Shown here: positions 28,846-41,176 of the stretch, one piece after another | How the letters are laid out: every line of letters begins with the position of its first letter | How positions within the stretch are numbered: the first letter of the stretch is position 1 | From: a virus | Taxonomy: Duplodnaviria > Caudoviricetes | IMG/VR virus record: IMGVR_UViG_3300025030_000876 | Span: 676 to 64,675 of that record | Strand: one strand, 5' to 3' | DNA length: 64,000 nt | Program-made: the position numbers and the translations under genes | The notes under the pieces: generated by a model | Told to the model about the DNA's origin: nothing | The model's database searches: none | Seen by the model: only the letters and a program-made list of their open reading frames with translations

Positions 28846-31800
28846 ATGGAGACTAACTATTACTGCATACAATGCAAAGACAAGCGTACTGGCAAGATTG
28901 GGGATTTTGTGCATAATGGGGATTTCTATTCTGTATCTCCGGTGTTTGATTCACTGATGGATTTATTCGCTTGGGCAAAAGAGAACAATAAGAAGTTGGA
29001 GATGAATTTATCCTAACAGCAGAAGTAATCAACAGACTTGGAGTTGCTAACAAATAAGGAGAACTCTTATGACTTCCCACGAAGTAGTAACAGCACTAGC
29101 AAAGCAAATGTTCTTAGAAGGCTATGAAATTATCGGAGCATCCCAACATCCAACAGGGTTGATTGTTAGTTTCAATAACCCTGAGAACAACAGAAGGTGT
29201 TTACACGTTGCGAATGATGGAGAAGTTAAAGAAGTAATAGCGGATTACATAGACTTCGGAGGTTAAAATGCAAAAGAAAACTTTTGTCATACTTGAATGT
29301 TCCAACAACCCTAAACTCTGGTTGTCGCAGGATGGTAAAGAACTTGTAAGCATCATTCTCTCTCACTCTTGCGAAGAATGTAATTCTCCTGTCGAGATTG
29401 AAGTTACTTTAAATGACATGGATAAACTCAACGAACTTATTTGGAAAACTAAAGAAGAGTTAAAGTTTTTAAAATATGCTAAACCTATAACGGAGGATTA
29501 AATGAAAGACTACCTAACTCTCGGAAACTCCCCAATCAACGAAGATTGTGTGCAAGTTAACTCCCATGCAGTTTATCTTCCAGCGATGAAGGCAGAATGT
29601 CAGTTGTTTAAGAAACAACTAGAAAGAATGTTCCCGGATATCCCAGACAACACTTGCTTCAGAATCAAATCCTTCTCCCATGATTTCGGGGAGTATTTGG
29701 AAGTTTGTATTATCTATGACACCGACGACGAAAACTCTTGTGATTTTGCTTATGAAGTAGAAGGGAATTTGCCGGAGTATTGGGATGCTGAAGCACGAAA
29801 AGAACTTTATTCTTATCTGTGAGGAGACACAAAATGCCAAGATACACAATCATCAAACGTAGACCCGGTGGGGAAGTATTCAATGTACCGGCATTTGACA
29901 CAGAAGATTTATGGAAACATATAAAAGCTGTTGTGGAAATAACTCCAGAGTATGAAATCATTGCAGTTATTAACTTAGGAGAATAACTATGATAACCCCA
30001 GAAGATTTCGCAAAGCTCCTTGAATGGAAATCGCAAAAACCCTCACGTAACTTCACTGTCGAGGTAGGAGTAGAACCAAGCAATAAACCTCCATACAAGA
30101 TTTGGGTTTATGATTACGAAATGGTGTATGGAGATTTTCTTTACTCCCCTGTTGGGGAAATAAATCTCGAAGCGAGTAAATACCAATACGATCTAGAGCA
30201 ACTGGAGAAACTCAGAAAACAATACGAAGGAGGGAATAACTAATGAGAACTTTTGAATCGCCAAGTGGGCTTAAGTGTGTTGTTTGTAATACCTCTAAAG
30301 AAGTCCCTTGTATTCTTGTCGGAATTGATGGGACGCTTGATGGTAATAACGAAGAAGCCACAGTATTGCATGTAGATTGCATAAATCTGCGTTTAAGCTA
30401 TAACAGAAAAATTATTTATCAAATTATTGGAGGTTAACTAATGAGCGATATAATTCTTTGCAAAGACGGAGTAACTCGGGAACTCTTTTGTGAGTGCGAC
30501 GAAGGACACAAATGGAAACCTTGGATGGTAGATGATGGGAAAATCCATTGTTTGCCTGATTCATTGAAACCTGATGATTATGACAATGGTCGATGCTCTG
30601 TTTGCGGTTATTACAAATGGTACATTATTGAGGAGAATTAATTATGTTAGACAAATGGACTTCAAAAGACTTAATTGTTTTTCGTAATGGGTTAGGAGAT
30701 ATGTTGGCTGGGAATATCGAATATAAATTTTGCGGTATTTGTGGGAACTTGCAAGAATACTGCATAACTTGCTGTGATGATGCTTATGATTTAGTGGCAG
30801 AATTATCTGCCTATTGGCCAGATAATGAATCAGGAAGTGGAAATTTCCCTATATTGGGTTATTATACATGCGAAAATCACTGGGTAGGAGAACAATTAGA
30901 TAAACGCACAAAACTAATGAAGTTCATGGTAGTTGAGATTAACAAAGAACTTGAAGCCAGAAAGGAGAATTAATCATGACAACACAATCAATCACCCTCC
31001 GAGGATTTACTTTTGAGGTAGAATTCTCTTACACCAAACCTTACTATGGAGCAAGAGAACCAGGCACCGGGCTTGCTCTTGAGCCTGATGCACCGGAGTC
31101 TATTGAAATCAACTCAATCATCCTTGTCGAAGCAGGAGCTAACTTGGTTGATCTTTATGACCTCTGGCCGAAGTACGAAGATCTTGCGGATTCTATCGCA
31201 GAAGCTTTGTTGCAATCCAGAAAAGAAGCCTCAGATGATTATGCTTATGAATGTTGGAGAGATAAACAACTAGAGAAAGGAGAATAGTCATGGCTTGCGC
31301 TAAATCTAAAAAAGAAAAATCCCACGCGGAGCATTTTTGCTATAATTGTAAACACTACGACAACAAGTATAAAACTTATGAGGAAATCTGTGAAGAGTGC
31401 ATAATCAATGTCGGCGAAGCAGAAACGAAATGCAACTGGGAACCGGAGGAAGGAAATAACAAATGAAAACTCCCAAAGATGCAAAAGTAGGGGATAAGTT
31501 TATTATTACGCATAACGTCCCAACTTGGGGATTACTTAATGCAAAAGGTGAAATAGCTGCATTAAGCACGCTTGAAAGACGCGTGCACCAATTTGTTATT
31601 ACAAAAAGACCCTGGTTGGAATTGGTACATCCCTTTTCGTTATCTTAAACCTTATGAGGAGAACTAGCCATGACCCGCGAATTTACATTCTCTGTTGCAA
31701 TGCTCGACGGAAGCTACAACGTATCTGCCAAAGAAGAAACTAATATCTACTCCCGTAAAACCCTTGTCGATGAAATCGGCCAGACTGCTGTAACTATGCT

Positions 31801-34457
31801 TCAAGAACTCCTTGGGGATGTAGAGAGTAATTGTGGAAGTATTACTATCATCGTGGAGGATTGAACATGGCGAGGGTATATGTAAAAACACAGGTCTACT
31901 CTGGGGCTATTGTAGGATTAACTAAAGCTGGCGTGATGAAAGATGCCAGAGAAAAAACCTTTGAGCATAGTGATTACATCTGTGTAGGTGTAACTAAATT
32001 CCTCTTTTCCGAAGGCCCAGGGTTTTATGAAATAATCGAGCATACTACAGAAGATTACTTCATCGAAGTAGAAGATGGTTATGTAATTATCCATTGTGCC
32101 ATCAAAGCTCTGTGCAAACGCACAACCATAATTAACTTCCTTAAAATCTTGGATAAAATCCCTGAGAAGTTTTGCTTAAGAAAGGAGTAATCCTATGGTC
32201 GGCATCAACCGCCACAAAGTCCTACCTTATCTCCGTTCCACAAAAGGTAGAATTTTTCACGTGACATTTACCAAAAAAGATGGTACACTACGGGAGATGA
32301 CTTGCTTGATAAAACCTCCCAAACCTAACCCTAAACGCCCAGCTCCGGCGAAGTTGGATAATCCTTATGTACTTGTATGGGATATTCAGAAATACAAAGA
32401 GTTTCTAAAAGAAGGAGTAGAAAACCCCAAAGCATCTGATGGAGCTTATCGGCTTGTTAACTTAGATACCATTATTAAGTTTAAGATTCATGGTATCGAA
32501 TTTATCGTGGAGGATTAAATGCAAATCACAATTAACACCAATGACATTCTTGGCGACGAAACTACTCTTAGAGAAGAAATAATCGACCGAGTTGTTAGCT
32601 CTATTACTTTGTGGATGCAGAAGGAATTTACTACCAAAATCTCTCAAAGCATTGAAACGCAATTGCAATCTATCATCGGGGATAAAGTTGCCGAAATTGT
32701 AGCAATGCAAGTGGACACAGAGATTACAGAAGTGGATAGATATGGCAAGACGTTGGCTACAACTACCATCCGTAACAACATTGCAAACAAACTAGAAACT
32801 CTTTGTCAATTTAAACAAACAACATATTCCTCGGAGCAAAATCCATTCACAAAGATTGTAATAAAAACAGTAGAGGAAGAAATGACGAAATTTAAGAAAG
32901 ATTATATGTCTTTGGTAAACGCCAAACTTGTGCAAGAATGTCTAGATGAAGCAACCAAGAAACTCAAAGCGGCTTGTGGGATTAAATAACTGACGTTTGC
33001 AACTTTTATTTAGGAGGTTTCTTATGCGTAAACATCATCTCTGGGAAAATGCAAAAAGGGTATTTAGGTTTCCGTCAACAGAAACTAAACCCCAACGCGA
33101 AGTTTATAAATACCCTATCCGCAGATGGGAACCTAGTTCACGTTGTAGGCACTACCCTGGGGTGTTGTTTGTGCAACAAGGACCGATGTAAAGGAGAACA
33201 TCATGTGGAAATGTTATAAATGCGGAATAACTTTTGAAAGACTCCAGATTTGTTGGGGAACTTGTTGCGGCGAGAAGGTGGATGTTATTGATTATTTTTG
33301 CCCAAATTGCTCTAATAACGAACCAATATTTACAGGAACTCCAAAGGAATTAGAAGAATATTGGAAAACAGAATGGGATAACGAAGGAGAATATAAGGAG
33401 TCTACTAATGACTAAACCAACTGGCGGGCCAGCTTATCCAATTCCCATTATCAGCCAAAACAACAGCACAGGAGAAACAACTATCTGGCAAACAGAAGGC
33501 GGAATGACCCTACGAGATTATTTCGCAGCAATGGCGCTTCAGGGATTCTTTAGTAGCGGTAATTTGAGACAGCACGATGGTACGCTGCATACTTACGAAT
33601 CACTGACGGCAGAATGTTATTACGCCGCCGATGCTATGTTGGCAGAAAGAGAGAAGTAATGAAAAAGCTAATTGTCGTAGTTGCATTACTTTTAACCGCT
33701 TGTGATAATTCACCTAAATGGGAAGTAAATCAAAAACTTCGTAGAGAGATTTTCAATGAATGTTTAAATAATCTCCCAGCGGGGCCTAATGCTACAATGT
33801 ACAATGACTGGGCTGAAGTTGTTAGTGAATGTGGGCAACAAGCTTATTATATGTCTTTAACGCCGGGAGGGAAATAACTATGAAACTAGGACTCCAAGAC
33901 ACGGCATGGGAATACATAGGTGCAAAGCTCGCGCAAGAAGATTCAATCGCTCAAGTAAAGTTCTTCAAAGCATTTGTTGCAGAAATGCAAACCTGGGGAA
34001 CAAGTTACCAAATGCAAATGCAACTAGCGTATGTTAATGGAGAGTTAAGCGAAGAAGAAAAAGAAGTGTTATCAATGTTGGGATACCAAGGAGAATAATT
34101 ATGATAAACTTACTGGCAGAAACTATCGAAGATATTAAATCCAGTGGTCGAACTCCAGAGGAAATAATCTTTATCGGTTCAGAAATCAGCGGGCATCAAT
34201 GTACTTGGGAAGAATTTAAAACATTAGCAAACAGAAATTATGACAACGGCTATGGCTCTGCTGAAGTTGCAATGGATTTAATTATTGTATTCTCTGATGG
34301 TTGCAAACTACACCGTGGGGAGTACGATGGTTCTGAATGGTGGGAGATACAAAAGCCGTTTAAACGGCCAGAAGTGCAACATACAATTAAATCATTGTTT
34401 ATCACGGATTATAGGAGTTCTTTAGCGGAATGCAATGACGACACTTTAGGAGACTAA
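28846..34457 (+). CDS. Array of about 20 small tightly packed early hypothetical genes
   Basis: Successive RBS-led ORFs of 55-160 aa in the ORF track (e.g. 29502, 29989, 30644, 30976, 32519, 34101). Confidence 0.7.
32195..32518 (+). CDS. WYL-like/SH3-barrel phage protein (DUF2693-like)
   Basis: FHVTFTKKDGTLREM...VWD...YR motif. Confidence 0.6.
   Translation: MVGINRHKVLPYLRSTKGRIFHVTFTKKDGTLREMTCLIKPPKPNPKRPAPAKLDNPYVLVWDIQKYKEFLKEGVENPKASDGAYRLVNLDTIIKFKIHGIEFIVED
33408..33659 (+). CDS. Conserved phage protein (GMTLRDYFAA family)
   Basis: GGPAYP...GMTLRDYFAAMALQG...ADAMLAER. Confidence 0.75.
   Translation: MTKPTGGPAYPIPIISQNNSTGETTIWQTEGGMTLRDYFAAMALQGFFSSGNLRQHDGTLHTYESLTAECYYAADAMLAEREK
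33659..33877 (+). CDS. Small lipoprotein
   Basis: Lipobox MKKLIVVVALLLTA/C. Confidence 0.6.
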   Translation: MKKLIVVVALLLTACDNSPKWEVNQKLRREIFNECLNNLPAGPNATMYNDWAEVVSECGQQAYYMSLTPGGK

Positions 34458-34459
34458 CC

Positions 34460-34951
34460 ATGCTCCCAAAATCCACCAAACGTCTACGAAGAATAACAGC
34501 AATCTTGTTGTTAACCTCTGGTATCATTTGGGCATCCAGTTCATTGTACCTATGCACTCAATTTACAGAATCGCCCAAAGCTCATGACAACAGAGATAAG
34601 CTCCTGGAAGTAATCTTCGGGCCAGAGTTTTCCTCTGAAGCCCCGATACTTTCAACCAACGTAGCAATAACAGCATATTCTGCTTCTGTGGAAGAATGTG
34701 ATTCAGAACCTTGGTACACCGCAAGTGGTAGTTTGTCGAGAATAGGAGTACTAGCAGTTAGTCGAGACTTACTCTCAGAAGTTGGTTTAACTTACGGCCA
34801 AGTAGTAATACTCGAAAACATAGGAGTGTTTAGGATTCAAGATACCATGAACCCCAGATTCTCCCACAGAGTAGATATCCTAATGGGTAATCCCACTGCG
34901 GCGAAGTTATGGGGAAGAAAGAAGGTAAACTTATTTGGATTGGAGGAATGA
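34460..34951 (+). CDS. Membrane-anchored 3D-domain (peptidoglycan lytic-like) protein
   Basis: N-terminal TM; ITAYS...TASG...AVSRD...QDTM...VDI (three conserved Asp). Confidence 0.8.
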   Translation: MLPKSTKRLRRITAILLLTSGIIWASSSLYLCTQFTESPKAHDNRDKLLEVIFGPEFSSEAPILSTNVAITAYSASVEECDSEPWYTASGSLSRIGVLAVSRDLLSEVGLTYGQVVILENIGVFRIQDTMNPRFSHRVDILMGNPTAAKLWGRKKVNLFGLEE

Positions 34952-34952
34952 G

Positions 34953-37900
34953 ATGAGATGCCCAAACTGTTACCAAGAGCCAGTAGTATGTCAATCGTGC
35001 GTAACACAATTAAATCATGCAAATCGACAAGGTACGCTAGAACTCCTAAGATTACGCAAAGAGTTAGACGCTCTCGCTAAAGAACTCTTAACACCAGAAG
35101 TATTCACCAGCTTAATAGACTGGCTCAGAGAATCTCCAATTCGCCCAGCTGGAGCTGCATTCACAGCAGGGATAACCAGACAGATTGCGTATGCGTTAGA
35201 AGCTAGTATATTGCCAGAAATTAAATCCCTACGGGCCAAGTTTGTCAATAAGGAAACCAACTAATGAGGCCGCTTATGAAGCTAGTATTCAGCATAGACA
35301 CTCTACTCAACGGATGGTTTTTCCTAACCCTTATCCTCGGAGGTTGTTTGATCTTTACCCTAGACTCCGGGATGCTGAAAGCAATACTTGGGTGTTACTT
35401 AGCGGTTATGGTGTTATCACTTATTGCTTAGGAGACTCTTGCTATGCACCGCCTGCCACCTATTGAAGTAAAACCAGTACAAAGTTATGACTTTATCCAA
35501 CAACAAACAATCAGAGGATTACTACTCCGTGATGAAGCGTTTATGATTGCAAGGGCAGTTCTCGAACAAGCAATAGAAGACCTAGATTTGCCGCTAAAAA
35601 ACAAAAACTGCTCCTGTCGGTGGTTTATTTCTAACGAAATGCGACCATATAGTTACATTTGGCTTTGTCAACACTTAAAAGTTAATCCAGAGAGACTTAG
35701 GAAGAAGTATTTTGGGAAGATTTATAAGGAGTTTGTTTAACTTTAAACTCCCGCCAACGAGAGAAGGAGCACTAAATGTACTGGGTCATTATTATCATTC
35801 TTGTTCTATATTTGATAGTTGCCCGCATAGACCTGGGGACAAATATCACTGAGTATGAAAATCATAGAGTCGTAAAAGGCGGCGGATTCTTTGGCGGTAA
35901 TTCCCTCGAATGTGATGAACACCAGCGTAAGCCCATGAGCACGGACATCTACTATGCTGCCTTATGGCCTCTCAGACTTGTAAGGTATTTTATTTGTTCA
36001 ACTCTTTGGATGGCGTGCTCGCTGTTCTTTGCTACTGACTCAAAATTTGCTAAATGGTTGGAAAAATTCGTATAACCTCGCCAACGCAAGAAGTAATCCG
36101 CAAAATCAGAGGCGCCCTCCCACCCGGCGAAGGAGATAAGCCATGAACCAACAACGAGATAAGTTTCTAACAGAAGCAATGGGAATTAAATCGAGTGGTA
36201 ATTACAAAGTAGGCATTACATACCCATTCCCTGCCGGCAGTATTGCATTTCGAGGGACTTTAGAAGATTGTGAAAGCTACACCAATAGACATAAAAATAA
36301 AGGATATGCTGGAGACATTGCTTTTATTGAGCCCGTAAATGTTAGAATTATTAACTTCTCCACTTGGCCCAGCTTCGGGAAACTATGGGAGTGGGCAATT
36401 AATCAAAAATGGTGGCAGAAATTCGCGCAAGAGAAATTGGATAAAATGTATTATGTAAACGATGAAGATGTGTTTCCTCAGGAACTTATCAACCCAGATA
36501 ACTTCGCCAACGCAGTTTATGATTTCTTAAAGGAAAAATAACTATGCCTGAGTACAAATTGCATTGTCGCTACTGTAAAGAACTATCACTACGGGAGGAA
36601 TGGAAAGACGATGGCGATGGCATGTGCTCTGAAGGGTGCTGTGATAGGCTTATTTGTCCGAAATGTGGAGCAAGCTGTCTATTTGAGTGTGGTGATTAGT
36701 CGCTCATCTCGACAGAAGGAAAAATAACTATGGACGGCTACACTCAAACTCCCCATAAAAAGAAACGAGGCAATGCCAAGAAACCATTTACTGTCGAATG
36801 GAAATCCATCCGCCCAATATTCCCCAGTTGGGGAGAATGGAGAACATGGAAGAGATATGCAACAGAAGAACAAAGAGATGAAGCATTAGAAACACTCCAA
36901 ACCAAAGACCAGAAGTATTTTGAATACAGAAAAGGAGAATAATATGACTGATGCAGAAAAGTATCAATTTATTCTCAACAACGATATAGAGCTTTTCAGC
37001 AACAGCACAACATACACGGATGTCCATGGAAATAAATACAAGCCTAAATACACAGTCGCAATTAATAACACAGGGTATTGCGGCTATGATTTAGACGAAG
37101 CTATTGAATTAGCTTATGCCTCAGCACCAAAATGCCCAATCTGTAACAACATCCTCGAAGAAAGTTGTATGGGCACATGGACTTGTCCCATTCATTGGTA
37201 TGATTTTGAGTAAAGGAGCCTAACAATGTCTCTCGGTTGCAACAAACTCATAAAAGTAACCGACCCTAGAGGGTTATCTTTTCGCCAAATCACAACAACT
37301 TGTGGCTCTGTCGGGTTTTATGGGCTGATAAATCTTTGTGAAGAATGTAGAGAGGAGGAAAAAGACAATGAGCATACAATTTATTGAATGCCCAAATTGC
37401 GGCTGTACCTCCCATACAGGTAATCATGATGAAGGATATGAAAAAACTGGAAACGAATTTGTAAGCAACACAGAAATATTTAAATGGCGTGTGCTTTACG
37501 GTTGTATTTCTTGTGGCCATGTTTGGGTTAACTACTGATTTATTATTTATTTCTAGGAGATTATATTATGAAAGCCTTGACTGTTGATATTGTGAATCGC
37601 GAAACATCCCTTAACTCCCTCCCCAATTCCCACCTATTTGTCCTCTACACCGAGGACACCCGCACGTAATTCCAATTTCTTTGGCATTACTGTACCCTTT
37701 ATTTTCTATGTTTATCTTTTGGTTTCTAACCAAGGAGCTTCTTTGTGCATAAATTATCCCAGAGAGAGATAAAACGTCGCGAACAATCAACAAGATTGCT
37801 CATAAGTAAAGAATGCAATGTCTACCTATCTGCGGATATCCGTGGAAATTTAAGACCTTCTGTAGACAAAGCTAATATCCTTGTTGTCAACGACAAACGG

Positions 37901-38023
37901 GAACACAGTGTTCTTTGCGAATACATCCAGCATAACTTCTACCCCCGTAGACTTACTGTGCCCGAGTTAGAAACTGTGCGCCTTGTAGTAAAAGATTTCA
38001 CGGGTAGTTTTAGAAACACTTAG
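34953..38023 (+). CDS. Further small hypothetical genes (e.g. 35444, 35776, 36143, 36730, 37745)
   Basis: RBS-led ORFs, several with CxxC zinc ribbons. Confidence 0.6.
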
Positions 38024-38072
38024 TAGAAATTTCCGTCCAAACTTGAAGCAACTATTTTAATGATTTTGTATA

Positions 38073-38101
38073 TTGACTTTAGGCCGGTCAGATGCGACAA
38101 T
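38073..38101 (+). promoter_or_regulatory. Promoter TTGACT-N17-GACAAT
   Basis: 17-bp spacer, TGn extension. Confidence 0.55.
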
Positions 38102-38161
38102 AGCCTTACAGTCAAAACAGGCCACCGGCCTAATTCCCAAACCCTCGAAAGGAGTTTACTT

Positions 38162-38569
38162 GTGCAGAAAGTAACTAAAGAAGTTGGAACTCGTGAAGAA
38201 GTCCTTGGTACTCTTGTTTTCTCGGTATGTGATAATCTCTCGGAAGCTATTAGTGTCTATGGCGAAGGTAGTGTTCTCAATCTCTTCAATCGTTCCATCC
38301 AGCAGGACATGGAGCGCGTTGCTAGAGAGAACTTCAAAAAGGATGGCGCTACCCAGGAAAGCGTTCAGGCTCTTGTTGATAACTACCGTCCGGGCGCTCG
38401 TACTGCAAAGCCCACCATGAAGAACTTCCAGGAACTTATTACTCAGTTTGTCGAAGCTGACCAAGTTGAGATGGTTCTGGAAGCTCACCGTATCTACAAG
38501 AACGAAGACCTTGAGGCCGCTTATAACTTCCTGATGGAGAAAAAAGGCCAAGGGGCGCTGAACGGGTAA
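38162..38569 (+). CDS. Probably highly expressed hypothetical protein
   Basis: AAAGGAG RBS then GTG 38162; codon bias like the capsid gene. Confidence 0.7.
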   Translation: MQKVTKEVGTREEVLGTLVFSVCDNLSEAISVYGEGSVLNLFNRSIQQDMERVARENFKKDGATQESVQALVDNYRPGARTAKPTMKNFQELITQFVEADQVEMVLEAHRIYKNEDLEAAYNFLMEKKGQGALNG

Positions 38570-38578
38570 TAAAGAAAT

Positions 38579-38880
38579 ATAGTCTTTAGTCGTGCATCGA
38601 CTGAAAGGATGAATTAACATCGTATCAATCGCCAAATGCGAAGATGGACTATCAAATTCAAGAGAAGTAGGAGTTAGGGGAAGCGTGGAGTAATTTACAG
38701 AAACCTGCTAGCGCGTCCGGAGGATATAAGACCCGAAGCTCCTCGGGCTAGAGTTAACCCGCTCTTGAATATTAAATCCAGTTAGCTCTCCGGCCTTGGC
38801 TTTTAGCCTTTATGGCACACAAACTTAGCAACTGGTCAGTTAGAGGTACTGCAAAACCTCCGAGTAGGTGAGAAGCCTAC
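38579..38880 (+). ncRNA. Candidate cluster of structured non-coding RNAs
   Basis: Several consecutive closed stems in an ORF-free gap of ~370 nt. Confidence 0.4.
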
Positions 38881-38947
38881 ATTTTAAATCTACTAAATCT
38901 AAGTGCATTAACACTTACTTTGGAGCACTAACTATGGAGACTTTCTG

Positions 38948-39749
38948 ATGGCTACCCGATGGGGTTTAACTGCTGGAGCATACAAAAAGTGGTGTTTTAT
39001 CTTCGATAAACCCCTGCCGGTGGTTATTACAACAAACAGTCCTATCAGTGACGCGAGTTATGTTAGGGATGTTATAAGATACGCGAATATGAATAATCTA
39101 AAAGGCGCGAATTGGTTTAATAATGTTAAAGTTTCCGCCGCAGAAGATGGAACCTTGGTTATCTCTCACCGCAATGGAGGCATGGAAGTCTACCCGAAAC
39201 TTAACATTTTTGAATTCATTCGTACAATCCAAGATAACGAATACAAAGACGGAGATAGGTTTATTGTCCTAGACGGTCACCTTGCCGCGAAACAAGTTTG
39301 TGAGAACCTTCAACTTAGCATCATTCATCTTGGGAATGATGTAGTAGAAATTAGGAGATAGCTATGTTTGGGCTCTTGAACTCTGTGTTGAATTTAGGCA
39401 AAAATGTAGTGGATATTGCAGTTGCCCCAGTAGAAGTTGCTGTAGATATTGTAAACGCTGGAGTGAAGCCTGTTGCTGACGCCGCGAAAGATATAGTGAA
39501 AGATATTAAAGAAAGCACGAAATAATGGACTACTCAGATATCTTCACTCGGCCTATCGAGGAAATAACGGATGATGAGATAATTCAGCGCGCTAGGGAGT
39601 TGCGAGAAAAGGGCCGATACCCAGTAATTGTTAAAACTCCAGTAGATAAAAAACCCAAGGCTAAAAAGAAAACGAAAGCTGAGGAACAATTAGAGGGTTT
39701 ATTTAATCAAGCACAAAAATTAGCCGAGGCTAAGAAACAGGATGGGTGA
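38948..39749 (+). CDS. Three hypothetical proteins (38948..39361, 39364..39525, 39525..39749)
   Basis: Coupled ORFs; 39364..39525 is a 53-aa amphipathic peptide. Confidence 0.65.
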
Positions 39750-40395
39750 ATGCACAGTAGATAATTGTAAAAATTATTCCTATGCTCTTGGGTATTGTAA
39801 ACGCCACTGGAGGCAATTCCATATTTATGGTAAAATCTTACCTGCAGCAAAACGTGATCCTAATGAAATTAAGTCAGATGGAGATATTGCCTATATATTT
39901 TTATACAACTATAAGGGTATAAAAATAGCAGAAGCAATAATTGACAACTCCGATGTGGATTTAATTAAAAATATAAAATGGTCTTGTGATAGCAAAAATT
40001 ATGTGCGTAATGACAGGCTGGGGAGTCTACACCGTTATTTGCTAAAGCCAGCAAGAGGAGAAAAAGTAGATCATATAAATTGTTGTCCACTAGATAATAG
40101 AAGAAGCAATTTAAGAATTTGTACCACTAAGGAAAATTCATGGAACCAAAGAGGAAGAAGTATAAGTGGATACAAAGGCGTATACAAAAATGGAGATGTG
40201 TTTCAAGTATCAATATGTAAAGATGGAAAAGTATACAATTTAGGAAGATTCAAATGTAAGAAAGCCGCGGCATACGCATACAACCAAGCAGCTATTAAGT
40301 ATTTCGGTGAATTTGCGTTACTGAATGTTATTGAGTACAACCAAGAGGCTAGTTATGTTAAATTTGAGCGCGTCACAAATAACGACCTTTTATGA
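39742..40395 (+). CDS. HNH-AP2 homing endonuclease
   Basis: DHINCCPLDNRRSNLR; AP2 SGYKGV...AAYAYNQAAIKYFGEFALLN. Confidence 0.9.
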   Translation: MGECTVDNCKNYSYALGYCKRHWRQFHIYGKILPAAKRDPNEIKSDGDIAYIFLYNYKGIKIAEAIIDNSDVDLIKNIKWSCDSKNYVRNDRLGSLHRYLLKPARGEKVDHINCCPLDNRRSNLRICTTKENSWNQRGRSISGYKGVYKNGDVFQVSICKDGKVYNLGRFKCKKAAAYAYNQAAIKYFGEFALLNVIEYNQEASYVKFERVTNNDLL

Positions 40396-41176
40396 ATGCA
40401 ATAGGCGTTGGTATTATACCTATATCAACCGTAAAACAAAAAACTCTACAGGTGCAATGGACAAAGGTTCTTGTTTTCACTTTTGTCACGAACTGCATTA
40501 CAAGGACAAAATAGGTCTACGGGAAATCCCGGAAGCAATTAAAGAAAGAAAACCAGAGTATGAATCTGTAATGCCCGAAGTATTCCCAGCGTTTATCCGC
40601 TACACCGGGGACCAAGGTGGTTATGAAATCATTGAACTTAATGGTGAACCTGCTATCGAAGTAAACTTCCAACTCCAGATTGCAGACGACATCACTATCC
40701 GAGGGATGATTGACAGAATTCAACAACAAGGGGTTAGGAAGTACATAACCGACCTCAAAGTAACAAGCAGTTATCTCAATGACAACTTCTTCAGTAAATT
40801 TGAAATGTCTATCCAGGCAATGCTTTATTCCCTTGTTGGGAGAGAATACTTTGATAGACTAGATGGATTCCTGATTGACGCAGTACAAATTGGCAAAAAG
40901 TACGATAACAAGATTCAGTTCTTTCCTTTGCTCCCGACCATTGAGCAATTTGTTAGTGAGCTTCACAGGATTGGCAAAAGCATTATTGCTAACCTTGATA
41001 ACAAAGATTTCTTCATCCACAATTACTCCAGTTGCATCAACCGCTACGGCCACCGTTGTAACTTCTTTGAAGTCTGCCGCGCTAAGAATGAAATGCAAGA
41101 AGTTATACTTAATAGCTCTGAGTTCGTAGATTACAAAAGCCCTTATGACAAACCAAAGGAGATTGAAGATGTTTAG
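40355..41176 (+). CDS. PD-(D/E)XK (RecB/Cas4-like) exonuclease with Cys cluster
   Basis: LSASQI..C, GMIDR, TDLK, QAMLY, C..C..C. Confidence 0.85.
   Translation: MLNLSASQITTFYECNRRWYYTYINRKTKNSTGAMDKGSCFHFCHELHYKDKIGLREIPEAIKERKPEYESVMPEVFPAFIRYTGDQGGYEIIELNGEPAIEVNFQLQIADDITIRGMIDRIQQQGVRKYITDLKVTSSYLNDNFFSKFEMSIQAMLYSLVGREYFDRLDGFLIDAVQIGKKYDNKIQFFPLLPTIEQFVSELHRIGKSIIANLDNKDFFIHNYSSCINRYGHRCNFFEVCRAKNEMQEVILNSSEFVDYKSPYDKPKEIEDV

Noticed and set aside
38822-38890. Canonical tRNA-Cys
   Set aside because: 8-nt anticodon loop, TGAGAAG T-loop and no acceptor stem; kept only as tRNA-like.
40355-41176. Cas4 as part of a CRISPR system
   Set aside because: No repeat-spacer array or other cas genes seen; the Sak4/SSB context indicates a recombination nuclease.
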